Below the pieces are notes generated by a model. That model ran no database searches. It was not told the DNA's origin and saw only the letters and a list, made by a program, of their open reading frames with translations. Below, piece by piece: positions 1 to 7,544 of a DNA stretch of 40,908 nt; within the stretch, counting starts at the first letter, position 1, and each line of letters begins with the position of its first letter. This stretch comes from Bacteroidales bacterium (GTDB taxonomy: Bacteria; Bacteroidota; Bacteroidia; Bacteroidales; VadinHA17). The position numbers were made by a program, and so were the translations under genes. Location of the stretch: assembly GCA_016936695.1 (NCBI GenBank), contig JAFGXK010000248.1:1-40908 (forward strand), read 5' to 3'.

Positions 1-15
1 ATAATATTTATATAA

Positions 16-23
16 TATCTTTG
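16..23 (+). promoter_or_regulatory. Bacteroidota-type -7 promoter box (TATCTTTG) for padR, embedded in an AT-rich inverted repeat
   Basis: Exact TAnnTTTG match, 27 nt upstream of the ATG at 50. It sits between inverted heptamers TATATAA (9-15) and TTATATA (24-30), which could be a PadR auto-operator. The region is AT-rich and next to the window edge, so chance is possible. Confidence 0.4.
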
Positions 24-49
24 TTATATATAAGTAAATTTAATATACA

Positions 50-400
50 ATGAACGTAATATCCAATCAGCTTTACAGTGGATCGCTTAAGACGATAGTA
101 CTGAAATTATTGAAGGAAGAAGGTCAGATGCATGGATATGCGATGACCCGCCGGGTTGAAGAGATTACAGGAGGTAAAATAAAATTAACCTATGGAGCTC
201 TTTATCCTATCCTTCATAAGCTTGAACATGAGAAGGCAGTGGTTACTACTACGGGGATTCACAATAACCGTACGAGGGTATACTATTCGCTTACCCCCAG
301 GGGTGAATCGGTGGCGATCATGAAAATCAGGGAGCTGAAGGAGTTCATTGAGTCGCTTCAGAAGATTGTTGAACCGCAGGCCGGACTTAATTATGCCTGA
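50..400 (+). CDS. PadR-family transcriptional regulator
   Basis: 116-aa ORF with a PadR winged-helix signature (MHGYAMTRRVEEITGGKIKLTYGALYPILHKLEHEKAVV ... YYSLTPRG). The ATG at 50 lies 27 nt after an exact TAnnTTTG box. The stop (398-400) overlaps the ATG (393) of the next gene. Confidence 0.9.
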   Translation: MNVISNQLYSGSLKTIVLKLLKEEGQMHGYAMTRRVEEITGGKIKLTYGALYPILHKLEHEKAVVTTTGIHNNRTRVYYSLTPRGESVAIMKIRELKEFIESLQKIVEPQAGLNYA

Positions 401-1838
401 GCTTACCATATATGATATTGAAAGGATTGCAGGCGACGTAAGAAGCCAGGATATCATTTTCCCTCATCTTGCTGATGAACTTCTCGATCATATATGCTGT
501 GATGTGGAGTATGAGATGGATAATGGGCTGACTTTCGTTGAGGCCTATGCAAGGGTGAGGCAAAAGATAGGCAAAAGGCGGTTGAAGGAGATTCAGGAGG
601 AAACACTTTATGCTACAGACTCAAAATACAGAATCATGAAAACAACAATGAAGTTATCCGCAGTCGCGGGCACTATTTTGTTCGGCGTTGCCGCAATGTT
701 CAAGATCCAGCACTGGCCGGGTGCCGGGATAATGCTGACTCTCGGTGCGCTGATCCTGACATTTCTGTTCATGCCATCAGCCCTCGTTGTTCTCAGGAAA
801 GAAACAAGAAGCAGGAAAAGACTGATTCTGTTTATATCCGCTTTTCTGTCAGCAGGTCTTTTCATAACCGGGATACTTTTCAAGATCCAGCACTGGAACG
901 GAGCTGGTCCGTTACTAATACTGGCGGGCATTGTCGTGGTGTTTCTGTTAATTCCATCACTCCTGTCGGCTGCTTTACAGAATCCTGAAAACGCTTCCCT
1001 CAGACCTGTTTTTATAACAGGTGCAATTGGGATGGCAGCCTTTTTTACCGGATTTCTTTTCAAGATCATGCACTGGCATGGTGCCGGTATCCTTCTTCTG
1101 TGTGGATTATCGGTTATCTCCATTATCGTGCTGCCATGGTATACATGGTTGAAATGGAAGGATGAAAAGCATGTCAGGCCTGAATTCATTTTTCTGATAG
1201 CCGGATTGCTCTCAGTAATAATGCCTGCAGCGCTGTTGAACCTTAATCTCCAGCGTTCGTTTGATGAGGGTTACTTCACAAACCTTGAAGAGCAACAGGC
1301 TCTTTATAAGTGCATATTCCAGATCAAGGGTGAGTTACTGGCTTCTTACAGGGACTCTTCGGCCTATGAACTCATGAGGGAACTCGATTCAAGGACAGGC
1401 GGTCTGCTGGATGTTATAGCATCTGTCGAGAAGAAAATGGTGGCCCAAGCAGAGGGAGAACCCGGTAATCCTGTTGCTTATCCCTCACAGGTGGTACAGG
1501 CTGAAGCCGGCCCTGAGATCAGATTCCGCCAGCTTTCCTTCCCTTTTCATACTTCTCCGGTCCATGAATTTCTTGTGGCCGGAACTGAATCACGGGATGC
1601 CCTTGATAAAGCGATTCAGGAATACCGGTACTGGCTTTCAGCAAAAATCCCGGCTGACATCTGGAACGAGGTCGACAGGATGCTTGATATTTCAATGTTT
1701 CTCTCGGTTCCGGCTGGCAGGAATAAACGAAGCTCCATGCTTTCGGGACTGCATTCGCTGGCTGTCATGAAGAACAGTATTCTTACTGTTGAACAATATG
1801 CATTGAAAAAACTTGCAGAAAATGGTAATCCATTATAA
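393..1838 (+). CDS. 7-TM membrane protein of unknown function: soluble N-terminal head, 3 GldL-like TM-hairpin repeats, then a GldM-like anchor helix and C-terminal extracytoplasmic domain
   Basis: The ORF-track start at 348 is a TTG inside padR. The in-frame ATG at 393 (MPELTIYDIE...) overlaps the padR stop by 8 nt and is preferred. Three 60-aa modules each carry FKI[QM]HW[PNH]GAG between two hydrophobic helices. A seventh TM helix (FIFLIAGLLSVIMPAALLNLNL) is followed by about 190 aa without TM segments. Confidence 0.75.
   Translation: MPELTIYDIERIAGDVRSQDIIFPHLADELLDHICCDVEYEMDNGLTFVEAYARVRQKIGKRRLKEIQEETLYATDSKYRIMKTTMKLSAVAGTILFGVAAMFKIQHWPGAGIMLTLGALILTFLFMPSALVVLRKETRSRKRLILFISAFLSAGLFITGILFKIQHWNGAGPLLILAGIVVVFLLIPSLLSAALQNPENASLRPVFITGAIGMAAFFTGFLFKIMHWHGAGILLLCGLSVISIIVLPWYTWLKWKDEKHVRPEFIFLIAGLLSVIMPAALLNLNLQRSFDEGYFTNLEEQQALYKCIFQIKGELLASYRDSSAYELMRELDSRTGGLLDVIASVEKKMVAQAEGEPGNPVAYPSQVVQAEAGPEIRFRQLSFPFHTSPVHEFLVAGTESRDALDKAIQEYRYWLSAKIPADIWNEVDRMLDISMFLSVPAGRNKRSSMLSGLHSLAVMKNSILTVEQYALKKLAENGNPL
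636..1175 (+). repeat. Intragenic tandem repeat, 3 x 180 bp (60-aa TM-hairpin module)
   Basis: The core 18-mer TTCAAGATCCAGCACTGG occurs at 699 and 879, and the variant TTCAAGATCATGCACTGG at 1059. Spacing is exactly 180 bp each time. Protein-level alignment of the modules is clear. Confidence 0.85.
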
Positions 1839-1849
1839 ATCTTCCTTAC

Positions 1850-2209
1850 ATGAAACAAAAAATTTATATACTGGGACTGGCAACCGCAATAATTGTATTC
1901 CTTGGAACACTGTTCAAGGTCAATCACTGGCCGGGTGCTGCTATATTGCTTGTTAGTGGAATTTCAATACTGGTCTTTGTCTTTATGCCGCTGGCACTTG
2001 TCAGCAGCTATAAAGCTGAAGGCGATAAAGGTAAAAGGTTATTGTACATTGTAACCTGGCTTACATCCTTAGTGGTTTTTACGGCCATGCTAAGCAAGAT
2101 CCAGCACTGGCCTGGTTCGGGCTTGCTGATGCTGGTTTCCATTCCTTTCCCTTTTGTAGTTTTCCTGCCTGTCTTTCTGATGTCCCGGCGGGGAAACACA
2201 AAGGACAAT
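1850..2209 (+). repeat. Intragenic tandem repeat, 2 x 180 bp, same 60-aa TM-hairpin module family
   Basis: TTCAAGGTCAATCACTGG at 1913 and AGCAAGATCCAGCACTGG at 2093 are exactly 180 bp apart. Module starts resemble those of the previous gene (MKQKIYILGL and GKRLLYIVTW versus MKTTMKLSAV and KRLILFISAF). Confidence 0.85.
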
Positions 2210-2782
2210 ATTTACAATACAGTGAGTGTTTTGTTCCTCCTGATGATAATATCATGCTTCACCGGTCTTCTTGCCCTTAATGTTTCAAGGGACAAGATGG
2301 TCGATAGTTATACCGTTGTGCATAACTATTTCAGGTCGTCTGAAGCAGCTGAAAATCTTGAGATCAGCAGTCAGTCTCCTGCCGTTCAGCTGATTGATAA
2401 AATGATAATAATGACTCAGAAATACAGGGATTTGTATCCTGGTAATTCCGGTTATTCCCCCGACATGTGGAAAGGCGAACCGGGACCTTATCAGGGTTCC
2501 TGGTTATCTCAGAATAACATCATAAGGTTCGGGAAGGAAAAGGAGGACATTCATTCCGATTTGTTGTCAGGATTGGGGGATCTGGTTTCAATGCTTGAAA
2601 AAACCCCGGGTTGTGAGTCCCTCGCCGCCGCCGCTCCTTCTGTCTTCAACCTGAGAAAGACCCCCGGCGGAAATTACAACTGGGATTCTGATCTGATCCT
2701 GGCTCCGACTCACCCCTGGCTGCTGGTATATCTTACCGGACTTGAGAATAACCTACGGATGATGAAGGTGTCAGTAAAATGA
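1850..2782 (+). CDS. 5-TM membrane protein of unknown function: 2 GldL-like TM-hairpin repeats, then a GldM-like anchor helix and C-terminal domain; paralog of the preceding gene
   Basis: 310-aa ORF starting 11 nt after the previous stop. Two 60-aa modules carry FKVNHWPGAA and SKIQHWPGSG. A fifth TM helix ends ...FTGLLALNVSRDK, which resembles the GldM N-terminus ...AMLAMNVSKEV. About 165 aa of non-TM C-terminal domain follow. Confidence 0.75.
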   Translation: MKQKIYILGLATAIIVFLGTLFKVNHWPGAAILLVSGISILVFVFMPLALVSSYKAEGDKGKRLLYIVTWLTSLVVFTAMLSKIQHWPGSGLLMLVSIPFPFVVFLPVFLMSRRGNTKDNIYNTVSVLFLLMIISCFTGLLALNVSRDKMVDSYTVVHNYFRSSEAAENLEISSQSPAVQLIDKMIIMTQKYRDLYPGNSGYSPDMWKGEPGPYQGSWLSQNNIIRFGKEKEDIHSDLLSGLGDLVSMLEKTPGCESLAAAAPSVFNLRKTPGGNYNWDSDLILAPTHPWLLVYLTGLENNLRMMKVSVK

Positions 2783-2788
2783 ATTTCC

Positions 2789-2810
2789 CGGCATGCGATA
2801 GTTCATGCCG
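2789..2810 (+). terminator. Possible weak hairpin terminator or attenuator after the second hairpin-repeat gene
   Basis: CGGCATG-cgatagtt-CATGCCG is a 7-bp stem starting 7 nt after the stop. It is followed by tgttctgatttcg, which is only a poor T-tract. Confidence 0.3.
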
Positions 2811-2925
2811 TGTTCTGATTTCGTCCTGAAAGTATCCCTTTCCGTCGGGTAAAATGCCCGGTACTTCTATTTGATTTTCAGAGGCTGTCCTCCCTGGGTA
2901 CTTTTACGTCAAAAGTTTTATAACC

Positions 2926-4236
2926 ATGAAAAATGGAATAATGATTTTTGGCGTATTCTTCCTCCTGACAACCGCACTTCAGGCCCAGCAGGACAGTGTC
3001 TGGACACTGGAAGAATGCATCACCCATGCCCTGGAGAAGAATATCCAGGTAAGAAAGAGTGAAATCTCGAATGAGAGATACCAGTATTATGCCGATCAAT
3101 CAAGGGCCCAGCTGTTTCCTTCGGTAAATGCTTCGCTGTTACAGAATTACAACTGGAGCAAGGCGTCCGGCGGATCAGGGTACAATGGAATGAACGGTTC
3201 AAACGTGTCGATGAATTCATCGGTCACCGTTTTCAACGGATCGAGGCTGACGAACCAGATTAAGCAGGCTGAGCTTGATATTCAGGCAGGACAGTATTCG
3301 CTCGAGATCATTAAGGAATCTATCAGCCTCAGCATTATGAATGCCTATCTCCAGGTGCTCTATGCCGGTGAACAGGTGAGGAATACCGAAAGGCAGATTG
3401 AGTCGACCACGGGCCAGGTTGAGCTGGCTGCAGAAAGGCTGGCCATCAGGCTTATATCACAGGCCGACTATGCCCAGGTGAGATCGCAGCTTGCAAGTGA
3501 GAAGCTCAATCTGGCAAACGCCCGCAGCCAGCTTGCCATAGCCAGGGTGAACCTTGAACAGCTGATGGAACTTCCTGTCAGCGATGATTTCGAGATTGCT
3601 TTTCCTGATCCGGAAGAGATGGTTAACCAGAACCGGAAGCCTGATGTGGCTGAAGTATATATGACTGCCCTCGGAATAAAGCCCCAGGTAAAGAATGCAG
3701 AGATAAACAAGGAAATAGCAGCCCTGGATGAAAAGATAGCCAGAGCAGGATACTTTCCTGTTCTTTCGGCCAGCGCAGGAGCCGGCACCAGTTATTCGAG
3801 CATGATGACTGATCCTTATTTCGATCAGATCAACAACGGGATTACACCTTCGCTCGGTCTCTCTCTCTCCATCCCGATTTATCAGAGGAAGCAGGTCAGG
3901 ACCAGTGTTGCCGTTGCTCAGCTGAGTTACCAGGATGCAGGGCTGAGTGAGTTGAACACTCGTAATGAACTTAGGAAAAGCATTGAACAGGCCTGCCTTG
4001 ATGTAATTTCAGCTCAGGCCGATTATGAGGCAAGCGTCGAGAATTACCAGGCAACAAGCGAGTCGGCTGCTCTCTCCGATGAGAAGTTCAGACAGGGAAT
4101 AATCAACTCGGTCGATTACCTTGTCTCCAAAACAAACCTTATCCTGGCCGAGAGTAACCTGCTGCAGTCAAAGTATAATATGATATTCAGCTATAAGGTT
4201 CTCGATTTCTATTCAGGAATCCCATTGTCATTATAA
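2926..4236 (+). CDS. TolC-family outer-membrane efflux protein
   Basis: 436 aa with a signal peptide (MKNGIMIFGVFFLLTTALQAQQ). The opening (LTLEECITHALEKNIQVRKSE) is typical of OEP/TolC proteins. It has a two-repeat coiled architecture and ends YKVLDFYSG. Confidence 0.85.
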   Translation: MKNGIMIFGVFFLLTTALQAQQDSVWTLEECITHALEKNIQVRKSEISNERYQYYADQSRAQLFPSVNASLLQNYNWSKASGGSGYNGMNGSNVSMNSSVTVFNGSRLTNQIKQAELDIQAGQYSLEIIKESISLSIMNAYLQVLYAGEQVRNTERQIESTTGQVELAAERLAIRLISQADYAQVRSQLASEKLNLANARSQLAIARVNLEQLMELPVSDDFEIAFPDPEEMVNQNRKPDVAEVYMTALGIKPQVKNAEINKEIAALDEKIARAGYFPVLSASAGAGTSYSSMMTDPYFDQINNGITPSLGLSLSIPIYQRKQVRTSVAVAQLSYQDAGLSELNTRNELRKSIEQACLDVISAQADYEASVENYQATSESAALSDEKFRQGIINSVDYLVSKTNLILAESNLLQSKYNMIFSYKVLDFYSGIPLSL

Positions 4237-4258
4237 AATTAAAGTAATACTAAAACCA

Positions 4259-5512
4259 ATGAAGAAGAAGGCATTAATAACGGCAGGCCTTGTTGCAGCA
4301 ATCATACTTGTTTTGCTTTTCCTGAAACCTTTTCAGGCGAAAAAGGCCGGATACACTTTCGAAACAGTGAAGGTTGAGAAAGGCAACATAACCAATTCGG
4401 TTACAGCCACCGGAACTCTCGAAGCGATAACCACTGTTGTGGTAGGTACCCAGGTGTCGGGTATTATCGAACATGTATATGTCGATTTCAACGATAATGT
4501 AAAGCAGGGACAGGTTCTTGCCCGGCTCGACGAGACACCTCTCAGGGCCCAGGTTGAGCAAAGCCAGGCTTCAGTCGACCAGGCACAGGCTCAGATTAAT
4601 TACCAGGAGGCAACCTATAACAGGATGAAGGCCCTTTACGAGAAAAACCTGATAGCACAGGCCGACTACGATCAGGCTCTCTACAACTACCAGAATTCAA
4701 AGGCGTCGCTCAGTAACGCAAAGTCGGCTTTCGACCGCGCGAAGGTCAACCTTGCTTACGCAACAATCTATTCACCTATCGACGGGGTTGTCCTTAACAG
4801 AGCTGTTGAAGAGGGGCAGACAGTTGCCGCAAGTTTCAATACCCCGGAGATGTTCACAATTGCCAACGACCTTACCCGCATGGAGGTTCAGGCAAGCGTC
4901 GACGAAGCCGACATAGGCCAGGTAAAACTCGGTCAGAGGGTTCAGTTCACCGTCGATTCCTATCCGGATGACAAGTTTGATGGCGAAGTGTCGCAGATTA
5001 GGCTCAAACCCGTGACTACCAATAACGTTGTGACCTACGTAGTTATATTCAGTGCTCCTAATCCTGAGAAGAAACTTATGCCAGGCATGACGGCAAGCGC
5101 CACAATTTTTATCCAGGAGAAACAGAATACTCTTGTTCTCTCGGGCAAAGCCCTGCGGTTTACCCCCGATTCCGACTACATGATGGAGATGATGAAGGAA
5201 GTTATGAAAGATGGTTTTACCGATGGCATGCCGGCGCCTCCGGCAGGAACGGAAGCCAATGCAATTCAGGGTGAATTTCAGGCGTCTGGTGCCTTCCCTG
5301 CTCTTCCTGAAGGTGTTAAAAATGTCTGGCTCAAGGATGAGAATAACAAACTGAAACCGGCAATGGTTACTATCGGAGTTGAGAATGGTTCGAATGTGGA
5401 GATACTGTCGGGACTTAATGAGGGCGACGAGGTGGTTGTGGCAATGTCCAACCCTGACAAGAAATCATCTGCTGGAACAAGAGGCGGTCCGGGTGGTCCG
5501 ATGCCCTTTTAG
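4259..5512 (+). CDS. Efflux periplasmic adaptor (HlyD/MacA-type membrane fusion protein)
   Basis: 417 aa with an N-terminal TM anchor. It carries a lipoyl/hairpin/barrel pattern (VSGIIEHVYVDFNDNVKQGQVLARLD ... YATIYSPIDGVVLNR ... FTVDSYPD) and a Gly/Pro-rich tail. Confidence 0.85.
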   Translation: MKKKALITAGLVAAIILVLLFLKPFQAKKAGYTFETVKVEKGNITNSVTATGTLEAITTVVVGTQVSGIIEHVYVDFNDNVKQGQVLARLDETPLRAQVEQSQASVDQAQAQINYQEATYNRMKALYEKNLIAQADYDQALYNYQNSKASLSNAKSAFDRAKVNLAYATIYSPIDGVVLNRAVEEGQTVAASFNTPEMFTIANDLTRMEVQASVDEADIGQVKLGQRVQFTVDSYPDDKFDGEVSQIRLKPVTTNNVVTYVVIFSAPNPEKKLMPGMTASATIFIQEKQNTLVLSGKALRFTPDSDYMMEMMKEVMKDGFTDGMPAPPAGTEANAIQGEFQASGAFPALPEGVKNVWLKDENNKLKPAMVTIGVENGSNVEILSGLNEGDEVVVAMSNPDKKSSAGTRGGPGGPMPF

Positions 5513-5549
5513 CATGAAGCGACATGCATAACAATAAATTCAATATGTC

Positions 5550-6308
5550 ATGGACAGCTCAATAATAGAGATCAGGCAGCTCCGGAAGGACTATCATGTA
5601 GGTGAGATGGTAGTACATGCACTGAGGGGAGTCGACCTTCAGATAAGGGCGGGGGAATTTGTGGCTATAATGGGAATGAGCGGATCGGGTAAATCGACCA
5701 TGCTTAATATACTCGGATGCCTCGACCTGCCTACCGCAGGCGACTATTTCCTCGATGGTGTCAATGTGAACACGATGAACAGGGATGAACTGGCCCGGCT
5801 GAGGAACCGGAAACTGGGATTTGTTTTCCAGTCCTATAACCTTCTTCCCAGGACCACTGCCCTCGAGAATGTGGAACTGCCGCTGTTCTACAATCCAAAA
5901 ATGAAATCAAGGGAACGCCTCGAAAGGGCAGTCAACGCACTTGAAGCGGTGGGGCTCAAGGAAAGGATGGGTCATATGCCCAACCAGCTCTCCGGAGGTC
6001 AGCAGCAAAGGGTTGCCATAGCCCGGTCGCTTGTCAACGACCCGGTGCTGATACTCGCCGATGAACCTACGGGAAACCTCGATACCAGAACCTCGGTCGA
6101 GATCATGGAATTGTTTCAGTCTCTGAATGAAAAGGGAAGAACCATAGTATTCGTGACTCACGAACCCGATATCGCAAGGTTTGCAACCAGGAATGTTCTT
6201 TTCAGGGACGGTAAAATCCAGCGGGAACAGATGGTGAACGACCGTCTCTTTGCTACTGAAGTGCTGCTTACACTCCCGGTGGAAAACATTGAAGAATTGG
6301 AAAACTGA
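5550..6308 (+). CDS. ABC transporter ATP-binding protein, MacB/LolD-type
   Basis: Walker A GMSGSGKST, Q-loop, signature LSGGQQQRVAIARSL, Walker B ILADEPTGNLD and H-loop VTHE are all present. Confidence 0.95.
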   Translation: MDSSIIEIRQLRKDYHVGEMVVHALRGVDLQIRAGEFVAIMGMSGSGKSTMLNILGCLDLPTAGDYFLDGVNVNTMNRDELARLRNRKLGFVFQSYNLLPRTTALENVELPLFYNPKMKSRERLERAVNALEAVGLKERMGHMPNQLSGGQQQRVAIARSLVNDPVLILADEPTGNLDTRTSVEIMELFQSLNEKGRTIVFVTHEPDIARFATRNVLFRDGKIQREQMVNDRLFATEVLLTLPVENIEELEN

Positions 6309-6323
6309 TAAAAGGATCAGAAA

Positions 6324-7544
6324 ATGAATATCAAGAATCTGTTGAAAATAGCGGTCCGCGCACTTGTCAGGAACAAGCTCAGGGCTGTCCTCACCATGCT
6401 GGGGATCATTATCGGTGTGGCTTCGGTTATCGCAATGCTTGCAATAGGGGAAGGTTCCAAAAAGAATATCCAGGATCAGATGTCATCCATGGGAACCAAC
6501 CTGATAATGATAATGCCCAACATGCAGGCAAGGGGAGGGGTAAGCCTTGGCGCATCAAGCTCCATGGCGCTGAAAATGAGCGATGTAGAAACCCTGCGCA
6601 ATGAAGCCGTTTACCTTGCTGAAGTCTCGCCCCAGGTGACTGCCAGCGGACAGGTGATCTACGGTAACCAGAACACCCAGACCACCGTATACGGGGTGAG
6701 CGAGGAATACCTTGACATCAGGAAACTCGAGATCGGCACCGGAAGGTTATTCACCTCAAATGAGGTGAGAGGGATGTCAAAAGTTTGCATTCTTGGAACA
6801 ACTGTCGTGGAAAACCTCTTCGGCGAAGGTGCCGATCCTGTCGGGATTTCGATAAGGATCAAGAACCTTCCCTTTCAGGTGATCGGTGTTCTTGAAGACA
6901 AGGGGGAAAGCGGAATGGGACAGGACCAGGATGACCTGATTCTTGCCCCCTGGACAACTGTTCAGCGCCGGCTTGCTGCGATCGACTACATTAATGGAAT
7001 CTACGCATCTGCAGTAAGCGAGGAAAAAAGCACAGCTGCAGCCGACGAGGTTACGGAAATACTCCGCAGAACCCATAAACTGAAAGAGTCGGCAGAGGAT
7101 GACTTCAGGGTGATGTCGCAGTCAGAACTCCTTGAGACGGTTTCATCAATAACCGACATACTGACCTACCTGCTTGGAGCAATAGCAGGGATCTCACTGC
7201 TTGTGGGCGGAATAGGCATAATGAATATTATGTTTGTCTCGGTTACTGAACGAACCAGAGAGATAGGACTGAGAATGTCGATCGGCGGAAGAAGCCGCGA
7301 CATACTGAGGCAGTTTCTTGTTGAATCAATAATAATGAGTATATTAGGAGGAGCTCTCGGCGTGGTCTTCGGCTACCTGATCGCACAGGGAGCAGGCACA
7401 CTGATGAACAGTCCGGTTGTTGTTACAACACAATCTGTAGTGCTTGCATTTGCAGTGTGCTTCGTGATAGGAGTGTTCTTTGGCTGGTATCCCGCCCGCA
7501 AGGCAGCCAGCCTCAATCCGATTGATGCATTAAGGTATGAATGA
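6324..7544 (+). CDS. ABC transporter permease, MacB/FtsX-type (4 TM with a periplasmic domain)
   Basis: 406 aa. The N-terminus is LRNKLRAVLTMLGIIIGVASVIAM. A roughly 230-aa periplasmic domain is followed by a C-terminal FtsX region (GGIGIMNIMFVSVTERTREIGLRMSIG ... YPARKAASLNPIDALRYE). Confidence 0.9.
   Translation: MNIKNLLKIAVRALVRNKLRAVLTMLGIIIGVASVIAMLAIGEGSKKNIQDQMSSMGTNLIMIMPNMQARGGVSLGASSSMALKMSDVETLRNEAVYLAEVSPQVTASGQVIYGNQNTQTTVYGVSEEYLDIRKLEIGTGRLFTSNEVRGMSKVCILGTTVVENLFGEGADPVGISIRIKNLPFQVIGVLEDKGESGMGQDQDDLILAPWTTVQRRLAAIDYINGIYASAVSEEKSTAAADEVTEILRRTHKLKESAEDDFRVMSQSELLETVSSITDILTYLLGAIAGISLLVGGIGIMNIMFVSVTERTREIGLRMSIGGRSRDILRQFLVESIIMSILGGALGVVFGYLIAQGAGTLMNSPVVVTTQSVVLAFAVCFVIGVFFGWYPARKAASLNPIDALRYE

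Noticed and set aside
348-392. ORF-track 5' extension of the first hairpin-repeat gene (TTG at 348, MSRFRRLLNRRPDLI...)
   Set aside because: The extension lies entirely inside the padR coding region in another frame. The ATG at 393 gives a classic ATG/TGA overlap with the padR stop, so the extension is most likely an artefact of allowing TTG starts.
608-1189. 193-aa antisense ORF opposite the hairpin repeats, containing repeated ...APGQCWILK... segments
   Set aside because: Its repeats are simply the reverse-complement reading of the FKIQHWPGAG motifs. It has no start context, no promoter box and no recognisable domain. The sense-strand protein has coherent TM architecture.
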